A stretch of DNA of 63,987 nucleotides, filler included, from Folioceros fuciformis (taxonomy: Eukaryota): assembly GCA_049999805.1 (NCBI GenBank). It is 7 parts of 7 records of this genome, joined end to end, with 100 filler letters (N's around TTAATTAATTAA, not from the genome) between each part and the next. Parts side by side here need not be neighbours in the genome. Positions count along the whole stretch, not along the records: positions 1 to 7,593 come from JBNGIO010005323.1; positions 7,694 to 11,844 come from JBNGIO010005324.1; positions 11,945 to 22,271 come from JBNGIO010005325.1; 4 more parts are not named here. One strand, given 5' to 3'. The notes below the pieces were generated by a model that searched no databases, was not told the DNA's origin, and saw only the letters and a program-made list of their open reading frames with translations. A program made the position numbers and the translations under genes. This document shows, in pieces, positions 1-12,338 of the stretch (positions are counted from its first letter, which is position 1; the number at the start of each line of letters is the position of its first letter).

Positions 1-570
1 TTCCTCATGTGTGTGCAGTGGTTGCTTACGAAGACACGGTAACTGTCAGGCAGAGATAGGAGAAGGGCCACAGCAGCCTGCATCTCCGTCGTGGTCGTCC
101 CGCTAGAGGTAAGCTTGGACCTTAGCATTCTGAATTTTATGACATGCTGTTCCACTGACTCGTGCTCTTTCATCTTGCAATTGTAGAAGGCACGGGTAGC
201 ACTCACCATCGATGAGCCATTTGACACTCTGTAGATCTGGTTTAGAGAGTCCCACACATCTTTTGTTGTTGCAGCATCTTGAGTATGATGCATCATCGAC
301 CCATCGAGGGCTGCCTGAATGATGCCTAGAGCTCGAAGATCTAATTTTGCCCATTTATCTACGTCTGCCTGGGCTGCTCCTTGCGGAGGTTTGGGCACTG
401 TGCCCGTCACGATCTCCCAAAGATCGTGTTCTCTCAAGATGGTCTGAACTCTGAGTGCCCAGATGTCAAATTGGGTACCACTGAACCTGTCCTTTTCCTT
501 GAAGTCTATCTTAAAGTTTGTAACAGTGGTTGTATTGTTTGTGACAGTCTGTGGTTGATTGGTTCCCATA
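1..570 (-). mobile_element. Ty1/copia gag N-terminal region, running off the left window edge (element A)
   Basis: Manual translation (absent from the ORF track) reads FKIDFKEKDRFSGTQFDIWALRVQTILREHDLWEIVTG...KWAKLDLRALGIIQAAL...VWDSLNQIY...RAFYNCKMKEHESVEQH...ALLLSLPDSYRVFV. This is a copia gag pattern and aligns by eye with the gag at 1997+. Confidence 0.85.
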
Positions 571-820
571 TTTCCAACCGTTTGATGTGCAAGAGATTGG
601 CCCGCTTGTGCTAATGTGTATGCCTCGACTAGCTGTGCAACCGATACAGTTGAAGGGCCTGTGTTTGACTGGGAGGAGGCAGCCTCTTGGTTCAGGCCTA
701 GTGGATCAACTAGGAATGGATCTGGATTTGTGTTTCCTCCCCTTCCTGCTCCACGACCTCTACGCCTGCCTCTTGGATTTCTAGTCCCCCTTCCTCGGTT
801 GCTGCTGGACATGAGCCAGG

Positions 821-1408
821 TTACAAAGATGCCTTATCATGAGTTGACCGAGAAATGGTTTCTCGTTCCCATGACTCAAAGGAGACTGGCTGGGATTCGT
901 CTATCTCAGGGTCTGAACTAGTCAGGTCAGGCTGCTTGGCAGATTTATGGAATGCAGGGTGTCTGGCCAGCAATTCTATCTGACGGGTGAGGGTCACTAT
1001 ATGCCTTTGAGAGTTTATAACTCTATCTGTCAGATCGGACACCTGCTGCCTGTGCCACTCTGATTCAGACCTGAAACTATTGTATAAATCCCGGAGGGTT
1101 AGATTAGGCTTGGGAGGATATGTACTCGCACAAATTTTACAGGTGGGTGTTTCTCTTGCTCTTTGTGCACTAATTGCAAGAGATTGATTTATTTCCTTGC
1201 AAATTTGCTGCCTAAGACCCGCTAGGGGATCAGGATTAGCCTGTCTCTGGTTCTGATTAGAATATGTGTGTGATGCAGGTCTGGGACACAGGTTAAAGAA
1301 GTGTTGAAGGTTCTTATGTTGTGCTTCTACACTCAGGCCAGAACTGCATGCAAACGGGTCTACGGGTAATTTACCCTTCCCTCGAGCTCTCGGCATAATG
1401 CTAGACAC
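821..1408 (-). CDS. 195-aa ORF of unknown function in the leader of copia element A, with a coiled-coil-like segment
   Basis: Open frame between the PBS and gag, on the element's sense strand. LRDLYNSFRSESEWHRQQVSDLTDRVINSQRHIVTLTRQIELL looks heptad-like. No recognised family. Confidence 0.35.
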   Translation of the reverse strand: MSSIMPRARGKGKLPVDPFACSSGLSVEAQHKNLQHFFNLCPRPASHTYSNQNQRQANPDPLAGLRQQICKEINQSLAISAQRARETPTCKICASTYPPKPNLTLRDLYNSFRSESEWHRQQVSDLTDRVINSQRHIVTLTRQIELLARHPAFHKSAKQPDLTSSDPEIDESQPVSFESWERETISRSTHDKASL

Positions 1409-1682
1409 TAACTGTAATAGTGTGCAACAGCTTCTGCAAGGAATGCATCCGACATCTCTCCAAAACTGCTAAGTGCTTGCTCTAATGCAGAAATTAGACT
1501 GCAGAATTGAGCATGCGGCAGGCTTTTAATACAGTTTGTGCTTTTGCAGACAGCGCAACTGCCAGGAGGAGATGCTGGATCCATTTTTTCCTTCTAATCA
1601 CTTGAAGATGTCCATCCTCGTTCTGTCCAGAAATGTGATGCTCTCGACAGAAGGCGGTGGACCACTTCAATGCCTTAACAAA

Positions 1683-1694
1683 GCTCTGATACCA
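1683..1694 (-). promoter_or_regulatory. Primer-binding site complementary to initiator tRNA-Met (TGGTATCAGAGC)
   Basis: Plus strand reads gctctgatacca, the canonical plant LTR-retrotransposon PBS, upstream of the minus-strand gag. Confidence 0.9.
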
Positions 1695-1966
1695 TAACAA
1701 ATTTGTGGTCTAGGATCGAATTACATGCACATCATTAGTAGAAAAGACAAGATTAAGATTAGGCGTGGCCAAAAGTGGCCTTAAGCCAAGAGAGAGAGTG
1801 CGTGCACCGGTTCGGTGGTGGCTGTTGGTTAGGGTTGCGACCCTTATGAAAAGCTATGACTCTATGAAACGCTCCCAGCGTTTCATACCCCGACTTTCGC
1901 CCTAATAAATAAATAATTAAGTCTGGCTATTAAATGTTAAACCTAACTATTCACGCATTTTCCACA
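1695..1966 (-). repeat. Probable 5' LTR of copia element A (TGTGG...TGTTA on the minus strand)
   Basis: Abuts the PBS. There is a candidate TG start at 1966 and a TA rather than CA end. No second copy in the window, so the outer boundary is tentative. Confidence 0.5.
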
Positions 1967-1996
1967 AAAATTAGAATCCCGCCTAAACCACCAGCC

Positions 1997-4900
1997 ATGG
2001 CTCAGACAACAGTGAACAACTTTCCTACGTTTGAGTTTAGGAAGAAAGACAGGTTTGCGGGTAAAGATTTTGAGATATGGTCGGCAAGGGTGAAGTCAAT
2101 TCTCTTGGACAAAGAGTTGTGGGGAAATGTTTCTGGGCAAGTTGTCACGCTAGTTCCAGTAAATGTTGGAGCACCAACAGCAGCAGAAACAATGGCCATT
2201 CAGAACTGGGAAAAGGATGATCGTAAAGCAAGGGCATTGCTAATGCAGAGTCTCGCCACTGAGACTATGCATCATATGCGAAAGAAGCTTGGGATCAAAT
2301 CCAAGACTCATATGCTGCAAAGGATACCCTAGCACTAGTATTGGCCACTCAACATTTCTATCAGCTACGAATGCTGGACCAAGACACAGTTGAGAAGCAT
2401 ATAACTCAGTTCAGAATCAATCGCTCCAGACTTGCAACTCTAGGAACGATCGTAAATGATGAACACGCTGGTGTGATTCTGCTAGCCTCTCTACCCACAT
2501 CTTGGTCAGCATTCGTAACTTCTCAGCAAGGCCGTGCAAATTTGACAGTGGCGATGGTCATCTCTGCTATGTATCAACACGAAAACACCAAGCGGATGGC
2601 ATCCTCTTCCCAAAATCAGGGTGATGGAGGAGTGTTGTTCGCACAGGGACGTTTTCAGAGGTCAGGGAAGCCCTGGCAGAACAAAGATCAAGGAAGTCAG
2701 GGGTTTCACAATACAAACCGAAAAAATGGTAAATGCTCCTACTGCAAGAAACCGGGGCACTTCTGGAAGGAGTGCAGGAAAAAGAAATTCGATGACCAAA
2801 AACGTGGGATCTCGTCGTCAAAAGGTACTAGCTCACAACTTGCTCCCCTGGGTGCTTTATTGCGACCTGTAATATAGCAACAAAGTTTGATAGCTCCTGT
2901 TGGTTCCTTGATTCCGGAGCTTCTCACCATTTTTGTTATGACGTTCACATTCTCAAGAATTTCACAAAGTATCATTGCCCAAGGAGAGTAGCCCTAGGGG
3001 ATGACAGGGTCTGCCCTATAATAGGTGAAGGGACAGTTGAGTTACAGCTGGCTTCAGGGGGACTGCTCTCCCTGCATCCAGTGTTATTTGTCCCAGCTTT
3101 AACCAAGAATCTACTCTCGACAATAGCGTTGGGTCAGCTAAAGCTGTACCGCATAGTGATGGAAGATGATGTGACGTTTATAACATTGAAAGTAGCACCA
3201 GATAAGGTGCTTATGACTGGACAGCCTGAAAAGGGCTTAAAACTCCTGGATGCAAGAGCTATTAATCAGAAGCAGCTGAAAGCGAAAGTTACAAGTATGG
3301 ACACCACACAGTTATGGCATCAACGACTCGGTCATCCATCTTTTCGCAAGCTGAAGCAACTTGTAACAAGAGAATTCGTAACAGGAATACCACAGTTTCC
3401 TGTGAATACTCAATGTTTTTGTGAGCCCTGTATTTTAGGAAAACAGGAGCGTCAGCCACACTCTAGAAGTTCAACTAGAGCTGGAGAACTATTAGCATTA
3501 GTCCATACAGACGTATGCGGGCCAATGGAAAATGCATCGTGCAGAGGGAGTCGTTATTTCGTCACATTTATAGACAATCTAAGCCATTTTACATGTATTT
3601 ATTTCATGCACAAGAGGTCAGAAGTATTTTTGAAGTTTAAGGATTACATCAGCTATGCTCAGAGACATACCTCAAAACAGTTGAAGGTTCTGCGGTCTGA
3701 TAACGGAGGGGAATACTCTTCATCCGAATTTGATCAGTTCTGCAGGAGGTATGGCATCCAACGGCATTTCTCTGTGGCATACACACCACAGCAAAACGGG
3801 ATAGCTGAGAAGCGAAATAAGGACCTCAACAACTCAGCAAGATGCATGTTGCAAGCTACAAAGCTTCCTAAGATGTATTGGGCAGAAGCAGTATCTATAG
3901 CAACACACGTACAGAACAGGCTGCCCACAAAGAAACTCATAGAACTAACACTCTTTGAGGCATGGACAAGACGCAAGCCAGATCTTAGGTATCTGAAGGT
4001 GTTTGGGTGCGTGGCGTATGCACATGTGCCTGCAGAGAGACGCCAAAAATGGGATCCGAAGGGAAGAAGACTCATGTTTGTTGGTTATGCCGATGGAATT
4101 CAGGGGCACAAGTTGATTGATCCCATTGTCAGAAAGGTCACATATGCCCGAAATGTGATCTTCAAAGAGGATTCAATGTGGTCAGCATTAAGAGGGAGCA
4201 ATGATCAACTAGAGCTGGGGAAGGATAAAGACGTATCTACTTATCCTGAAGAGGTTGAGACAACCATACCCTCATTCCCAACTAGCCAGCCAGACACCTT
4301 CTCTCCCAGAAGGCACCTACCACCACCATCAGCAGCTGCAAATCCTCCCGATCCAGGTGGTGGTGCCGATTCAAGTGAAGGTGATTTATTATCACCACGA
4401 GAAAATCAATAGCAACTAGACAATCAACAGCAATTAGATGATGTTCCAGCACCTACTACACCAGTTGAGCCAAGTTCTCCGCAACATGAGAATCAACCCA
4501 GACGTTCACAGCGGATCAGACAGCCACGTTATGGAAGGAGCCACCTCTCACCTATGACCATGCCCGCCAGTTGGCATTTGAAACAAGAGAAGCAGTTGAT
4601 GAAGCTCAGAGAGGTAGTGATCCGCAAAGTTATGATGAGGCATTATCAGGCTCCAATTCAGCAGGCTGGAAAGAAGCTATAAAGAAAGAGCTTGACTCGT
4701 TGTTGAAAAACGAGACGTGGGAGCTGGTGCCATTACCCTTAGGGAGGAAGCCGATTAATACAAAGTGGGTGTTTAAGACAAAATACNNNNNNNNNNNNNN
4801 NNNNNNNNNNNNNNNNNNNNNNNNNNNNNNNNNNNNNNNNNNNNNNNNNNNNNNNNNNNNNNNNNNNNNNNNNNNNNNNNNNNNNNAGGTGAGGACTATC

Positions 4901-6243
4901 TAGAAACGTTTTCACCAGTGGTTCGATTAGGCTCAGTTCGACATTTGATAGCTCTGGCTGCACAAGAAGACCTAGACATCCATCAAATGGATGTTCAGAG
5001 TGCGTTTCTGCATGGCACTATAGAGGAAAAAATATATATGGAACTTCCTCAAGGATATGATCCAGGACTGGGAAATGAGCATTTAGTCTGCAAGTTAAAG
5101 AAGGCTTTGTATGGTTTGAAACAAAGCCCTAATAAATGGTTTGAGTGTATCAGAGATTACCTGATTGCATGCAGATTTGAACAGAATCCGTCAGACACCA
5201 ATGTGTTTATCCTGCGAGACTCTCAGGGATTTGTACTACTTGCATTATATGTAGATGATACTATTTTAGTGTCAAATAGTCCAGATACGCTGCAGAAGGC
5301 CAAAGATATCTTGTCAACAAGGTTCTCCATGACAGATATGGGTGAACTTCATTCGTTTTTAGGGATGAGAATAACGAGAGATAGAACAGAAGGTACAATT
5401 ACCTTGTCCCAAGAGAAGTATGTGCAGCAAGTTTTGAGGAAGTTTCACATGGAATCTGCAAAGCCTATTGCTACACCAATGTCAACATCAGTAAGGTTAG
5501 TGCCAATGCCAGCACCTCTGTCAACGGAGGATATACAGCTCATGGAACGAATTCCATATAGAAATGCATGCGGATCGCTGCAGCACTTGCAAGTTTCGAC
5601 TCGTCCAGATATTAGTAAAGCTGTATCACAAGTATGCCAATGTTTTCAAGCATACGGGAATGAGCACTGGACTGCTGTGAAGAGAGTTCTGCGCTACCTT
5701 AAAGGCACAGCATCATATGGCTTGATCTATAAAGCAAACAGAAGTCCAGGACGCAATGTAGCTAAGTTACAACTCACAGCATATTCAGACAGTGATTGGG
5801 CTGGAGATTTGGAGAAGAGGCGTTCAACGGCTGGCTACGCAGTGGTTGCACCCTCAGCTGCAATTTCGTGGAGCAGCAAGCGCTTATAGACAATTTGTCT
5901 TTAATCTACAGAAGCTGAATATTCAGCGTGCACTGAAGCTGCAAAAGATGTAGTGTGCCATCGTTAGTTTGCGCAGGGGTTAGGGATGCAGTATGATCAA
6001 GCAACAAAGTTGCATTCAGACTTACAGTCCGCCATTGCCCTCAGCCAGAATCCGGTTTTCCATTCGAGAACGAAGCATGTGGAGCTGAGATTCCATTATA
6101 TACGTCAGCTGGTGGAAAGAGGCGATGTCGAATTACATTACATTCCAACAGAGGAGAATCCTGCAGACATCCTCACGAAGGCCTTGGCAAAAGCGAAACA
6201 TGAGAAGCATGTAGCGACACTCGGTTTGAAGAGTATTAATTAG
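1997..6243 (+). mobile_element. Degenerate Ty1/copia gag-pol (element B): gag, zinc knuckle, protease remnant, integrase, RT, RNase H
   Basis: Motifs CSYCKKPGHFWKEC, LWHQRLGH, HTDVCGP, LRSDNGGEY, TPQQNGIAE, HQMDVQSAFLHG, YGLKQSP, LYVDD, YSDSDWAGD and TKHVELRFHYIR occur in the copia order INT-RT-RH. Broken by stops and frameshifts (about 2330, 2875, 4410, 5887) and an N gap. Confidence 0.95.
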
Positions 6244-6303
6244 AGTGAATTCGTAGTAATCAAAGATTATTTTATCTAACCTAACGGCTAGAAACTGAGG
6301 GAG

Positions 6304-6493
6304 TGTAAGAAACCCGTAAGAAACCCCCAGGTATTTAATGAACGGGTTTAGTTTCGTCGCTCGTTAGGAGCAGAGTTAGTTACTTTCATAGGATTCAGTT
6401 GATAACTGAATAACTGATAAATCGCATGTATTTAAGAAACATAAGCCTGAATAAAGTGTGTGAGTATTCGTGCAAGCTCCGCCTTTGCTCACA
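6304..6493 (+). repeat. Probable 3' LTR of element B, preceded by a polypurine tract
   Basis: GAGGGAG at 6297-6303 is followed directly by TGTAAG. AATAAA lies at about 6450 and a candidate ...CTCACA end at 6493. Confidence 0.6.
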
Positions 6494-7139
6494 TGGCAGG
6501 CAGAGAACCTTCAGGTACCCCAGCAGGAGGGGGAGCAGGCAACCCGAGGTAGCCCAAGGGAGGACGGGGTAAGCACCTCTGTTATGACAGAAGGTCGGAT
6601 TGTGCTGCAGTATGAGAAGGAGGCCTCCTATGTGCCAGACCTGTATGTAGAAGGGGCCAGAGTTCTGAAGCTGTTTCTGTATGTTTGTATCGGCACAGGA
6701 GGGACGCGGGGCTACGTCCTACAACTGAGGACGCGCCTGGGACTTTACCACTACAGATGGTGGGTGACAGGGCTGCCCCACTGTTATGCAGAGGCAGTTC
6801 TGGAGGAACTGACGGAAGAGGAGGCCTAGCGCTGGTAGAACGGGAGCCTGTGGCTGTCCTCAGCAACCAGAGAAGGAGGAGGGGTGGTGGACCACAGCGG
6901 CGGGACCCACCTGCGCCGCCAGCTAGGCCCAGCAGTAGCAGCAGTGATGTGGAGATCCTCTGGAAGGATCTGCCGGACCAACGGAGAGGCAGAAGAGCGA
7001 GAGGAGGAGCAGCGAGGGGTGACGTGCGAAGGCCAGGAGGAAGCCGCCAGCGGTGTGGGACATGGCGATAGTAAATGCAGGCTAGATTAGGTTTTTTTTT
7101 TGTGCTTTATTTGGACCGAAGTCGCTCAGAATTTAAGAG

Positions 7140-7593
7140 CGCACCTCCCCTGCCTGACAGACTTTATGGCGGAAAAACCGCCATCACCGTGTACAAGAGG
7201 CTGGTTTGAAGGCCTAAGAAATGAGCAAGAACCAGCCGGACAGTCAACCCTGCAGGGACCTAGCGATGGCCGTTGCTGGACGGGAGGTCCAGGCAAGCGA
7301 GCGCACGTAGCAACTTGGGGTGCGGGTGTAGGTGGTGGGCGCTCCGTGATCAAGTCCGGGGACGAATCGGGAGGAGGCGCCTCGCCGAGTGGGAGAGAAG
7401 CTCCCCAGCTATCCTCGAAGTGGTCACGTGGTTGGTGTGGGTGACGGAGCCGAATCCACGAGTTCGGAGTGGAAGGGATTCCTCTTCCCCTAGCTCTGGT
7501 ACCTCACCATTCCTCAACGTTCATAGGAGCCCAGGAGGGGCATTGCTGAGAAAGAAGACGAAAGAACCGGAGAAAGAGGAAGCGCGAGGGTGC
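7140..7593 (+). repeat. Dispersed repeat of about 450 bp with an inverted second copy at about 55196-55649
   Basis: Near-identical sequence, and the same peptides appear in the ORF track (CWTGGPGKRAHVATWGAGVGGGRS; PCLTDFMAEK). Confidence 0.9.
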
Positions 7594-7637
7594 NNNNNNN
7601 NNNNNNNNNNNNNNNNNNNNNNNNNNNNNNNNNNNNN

Positions 7638-7649
7638 TTAATTAATTAA
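7638..7649. other. Artificial scaffold linker N44-TTAATTAATTAA-N44; also at 11889-11900, 22316-22327, 43822-43833, 58667-58678 and 62127-62138
   Basis: The identical 12-mer gives stops in all six frames and is centred in 100-bp N blocks six times. Confidence 0.97.
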
Positions 7650-7693
7650 NNNNNNNNNNNNNNNNNNNNNNNNNNNNNNNNNNNNNNNNNNNN

Positions 7694-10600
7694 ATCGAGT
7701 TCTCTTTTCGAATAGAGGCTCAAAAAGGCAGCCACCACGATAGGGATCACAGAACCAGAATGCTGGTGGCAGTGGGAGTTTCAAGCGCCGCCCAACATCA
7801 TCTGCTAACAAGAAAAAGGGCTCTTGCAACTGGTGCCTGATCCCAGGCCATTGGGAGGCGGAGTGTAGGAAAAAGAAGGCGGGTGAGCCTCGCCGTACAG
7901 TTCCACCTGAAGCCAACATGGCATCTAGAAAGCCTAGCACAGTTCTAGCAGTATATATGGTGTCCACACCACAATACAAACATGCATGGTACCTCGATTC
8001 AGGTGCGTCGTCACATATTTGCCATACTAGATCAGCATTCTCTGAGTACAGAAAGGTCCCAAATGGTCAGGTTGTGCTCCTTGGTGACGACCGAGGTTTG
8101 CCAATTAAAGGAATAGGCAAAGTTCCTGTCCAAACCACAACTGGTAGAGTTGAAATCTTGCTAGAGGTTCTGCATGTACCAACCTTGGTCAAGAATTTGG
8201 TGTCAGTTTACCTGTTAGATGTACAGCATAAATTGAGCACCATGTGTGAAAATGGTCAGTGCCATATTGTTGACCAGGCAAACAAGTCAGAAGTTTTTGC
8301 AATTGGGACACCAGAACACAATCTGTACAAGCTGGATATTCAGTATGGGCATGGGAGACTATTGGCGAACCTGACACAGGCACAGAAGGATGAGCAGGAT
8401 GCCAGGCTGTGGCATGCGCGATTGGGACATACTAACTTTGACAAATTGAATATGATGGTCAACAGTGAAACACTTTACCGGGAAAGGTTCTTGATGAAGC
8501 CTGCGGAGAAGCCTTTCTGCGAGGCGTGCGTGTTTGGCAAACACCACCGAGCTCCATACAAAGACAGTAATCCAACACGTGCTACCAAGCTCTTGGAGCT
8601 AGTACACTCAGATATATGTGGACCTATGTCCACAATGTCACTTGGTGGAGCCAGATATTTTCTGTCATTCATAGATGACTAGAGCCGATACACGGTAGTG
8701 TATCCCATCAAACAGAAGGGTCAAACTCTGGATTGTTTCATGGAGTTTGTTATGTTTGCACAGAGACAAACAGGTCAGCTGCTGAAAGTCTTGAGAAGTG
8801 ATAACGGAGGCGAGTACATCTCAGATGCCTTCACCAGCTTTTGCAAGAGACAAGGCATAGCCAGACAGCTGACGACTCCATACACGTCAACACAAAATCC
8901 CATAGCTGAAATTTCCAATCGGCATACACAGGAATCAGCAAAAGCAATGCTCCAGCAAGCACGACTTCCGAGAGGATACTGGGCTGAAGCAGTATGTACG
9001 GCAGTGTACATTAGGAACAGGGTTCCTACCAGTGTGTTCACAGGAGCAACTCCATATGAGCGCTGGACAAACCATAAGCCGAGAATCAATCATCTCAGAA
9101 TATTTGGTGCAACAGCATATGCTCATCTGTCTGAGGATCAGCGAGTCAAGCTCGACTACAAGGCACGCAAGTACGTGTTTGTAGGCTACACGGAAGGAAT
9201 CAAGGGGTACAAATTGATGGACCCGCTCACCAGAGGCATAACTCATTGCCGGAGTGTGGTATTCGACGAGTTGTCTCTGCTCGTACCTCAACCTGAGCTT
9301 CCAGAGCGGATCCCTACACAGATTGCATCCACAAGTGAGGCATCAGAAAGAGAAAGTAGTGAGGAGACCTTCCAGCACACAAGTACTACAACTCAGTACG
9401 CACACGTACGTGCAGTTGCAATCAACCAACCTGCAAGTATTTTTCCGGATGACGATGATGGAGAAGCTTCTAATGACACCCAAGCTGAGATAGTTGCTGG
9501 TAATCCAAATGAGGAGGATACAGGTGACAACCATACTGGCAGCCATGAGGAGGCTGTCGATACACAAACTGAACAGGGTTTTTCATCTGAAGTAGAGGTG
9601 GAATCAGCTCCAGAAGCTGTGGGTCCAAGACGAAGCAGCAGGAAGCACACTGCCTCACCCTACGAATGGGTAACACCACCTCTCTCATACAGTTCGTTTC
9701 TGGTGCAGGATTATAGTGCACCAGATAATCTGTATGAGCCACAGTCATACAAAGAAGCAGTCAGCGGTCCAGAAGCTGCAAAGTGGGCTGCTGCAATTGA
9801 ATCAGAGTACCAGTCTCTGATTGATAATAGGACGTGGGAACTGGTGGACTTACCTGCTGGCAGGAAACCTGTAACCTGCAAGTGGGTATTTAAAAAGAAG
9901 CTTGCTGCTGATGGCAGTATAGCGCGGTTTAAGGCTCGACTTGTGGCAAGAGGGTATAGCCAGGTGGAGGGCCTGGATTATACAGAAACCTTTTCACCTG
10001 TAGTCAGGGCAACCTCTGTTCGCACATTATTAGCAATTGCAGCACAAAGAGATTACGCCATGGAACACATGGACGTGAAGACTGCTTTCTTAAATGGAAC
10101 CCTGGAAGAAACGATTTTCATGAATCAGCCAGAAGGTTTTGTAGACACCAAGCAGCCAGGAAAGGTATGCAGGCTCATTAAGACAATCTACGGACTAAAA
10201 CAGTCCCCACGAGCCTGNNNNNNNNNNNNNNNNNNNNNNNNNNNNNNNNNNNNNNNNNNNNNNNNNNNNNNNNNNNNNNNNNNNNNNNNNNNNNNNNNNN
10301 NNNNNNNNNNNNNNNNNGATGCTGTCCTCATTGCCAGCAGCCCAAAGATTGTGGCCAAGGTCAAATCTATACTCACCTCTGAGTTTTCCATGACTGACTT
10401 GGGGAAGCTCACATGGTTCCTCGGCATAGAAATCTTGCAAGACATGGAACAGCACACAGTCTTCATACATCAGGCTCAGTACATCAACCAGGTGTTAGCT
10501 CGATACAGGATGTCTGATTGCAAACCTGCTGCAACGCCGATGGCCATTGGTGATAAGCTGAGTGTTGAGCAGGCACCTAAAACAGAGACAGAGAGGCAGC

Positions 10601-11301
10601 AAATGGAAAATATTCCATACAGGTCAGCTGTATGCTCACTAATTTACTGCAGAAATTGGACGAGACCTGACTTGTCCTACGCAGTGGGAGTAACCTCTCA
10701 GTTCTTAACATGTTATGGACCAGCACATTGGGCAGTTGTACAGAGGGTGATGAGATACCTGAAGGGCACGCCGAGACTTGGCCTGATGTACAGACAACGA
10801 CCAAAAGATCTGCTGCTGACATGTTTCTGCGACGCAGATTGGGCAGCAGATGCCGACACACGCAGGTCCATTTCTGCTAATTGCTTGCTACTGGGAGCCC
10901 ATGAATACGACTCCACTGTGATTTCTTGGCATTCCAAGAAACAGCAAGTGGTTGCGCTATCGTCTACAGAGGCAGAGTACGCTGCTACAGCTACTGCTGC
11001 CCAAGATATAGTCTACGCAAGGGAACTGCTCTCCTCACTAGGTGAAACCCAGACTTCACCCACACTTCTACTATGTGACAACCACTCTGCTATCGCATTA
11101 GCACAAAATCCTATCATGCATGCCAGAACTAAACATATAGAAGTGAAGCATCACTTCATTAGACAGGTGCTAATAAATGGGCAGGCAACCCTACAATATG
11201 TGCCTACAACCGACAATGTTTCAGACCTGCTAACCAAAGCCCTAGCTAAGGATAAACATGACAAATTCTGTAGGGCTCTGGGCCTGGCAGTAAGTAAGTA
11301 G
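7694..11301 (+). mobile_element. Ty1/copia gag-pol (element C), nearly intact, with an in-frame stop at 8680-8682
   Basis: Zinc knuckle CNWCLIPGHWEAEC, protease WYLDSGASSHIC, LWHARLGH, HSDICGP, LRSDNGGEY, RFKARLVARGYSQ, HMDVKTAFLNG, CDADWAAD and TKHIEVKHHFIR. Confidence 0.96.
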
Positions 11302-12338
11302 CACCGAGAAAACACCCCACGAAGGTCAGCACTTGCAAAGGTCTTCAGATCTTCAGAACTAGCTGCTCTTGAAGCGGCGAGTTGGTTTTTTTTTAGTGGA
11401 GCACATGTACCAGGGCTCTGCGCAAGGCAGAAGATGGTCAGAACAGCAAACGGGAGGAAAGCAGCAGCGAGCAACATCGCAGAAGCCTGTGGAGAGCTCA
11501 CCATACCTCAGGATGAGTCGCCCTTCGTCTGTGAAGTCTGAGCCAGCGTACAAGAAGCGGTCCATGCAATTTGGGAGCATTCTAAAAAAGGCGAATCTGG
11601 TACTAGTTGAGGAAATCCCTGCAGGCGCCTTACCGAGCTTGCGCTGCCAAGCCAGCCTCAGCACTCTGTGATCTGGCAAACTCGATGCATAAGGAGCAGG
11701 GGTTCCGCCGATGGAACGCAAGAAGGATCAACACGATGACCAGCAACAGCACGCAAGCGACCTGAACCTGGCCATCAGTGGAGGAATCCATGACGGCGGC
11801 CCTAAGCGGGAGCAAACCCTAGCTGCAGACTGAAGACGAAGAGTNNNNNNNNNNNNNNNNNNNNNNNNNNNNNNNNNNNNNNNNNNNNTTAATTAATTAA
11901 NNNNNNNNNNNNNNNNNNNNNNNNNNNNNNNNNNNNNNNNNNNNTTCAAGGGAGAACTCCGTAGGTATAGGAGAGAGGAGAGATGGAGAGCGGTAGGGTC
12001 ATGGCTCACCATGCCATGAAGGTGGCGGGCCCCGCGGCTGGCAGGGCTATCTTTAGCTTCAGCCATTTCATACAAATGTGCATACATCGTAAACCAGGAT
12101 GAAATTGATTCGTGCATGTTAAATAATTCTTCTTGTGTTTGTTCACCTTCGCGTGGCCTCGGAACCGTTAACTGTTGAGGTTTTAGACCGTGATTGCAAT
12201 GGTGTCATACCAGGCTGCTGCCGGGCGGGTCGGAACACCAGGCGAAGCAGCCCGCAATGTGCAGACCACACTAGACTGCGTGGCGTGAGCCGTAGGATCT
12301 GAGTGACCTACGCGATTGCATGCTTTCGTTGAGCGGAC

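Noticed and set aside
4410-4418. TAG-CAA-CTA, matching the CARYYA stop-readthrough motif, in copia element B
   Set aside because: The adjacent repeat reads CAG-CAA-TTA, so this is most simply a C-to-T mutation in an element with many other lesions.
11302-11844. Possible env-like ORF after pol of copia element C
   Set aside because: Only short frames with no clear transmembrane or conserved motif, and the scaffold ends before an LTR.
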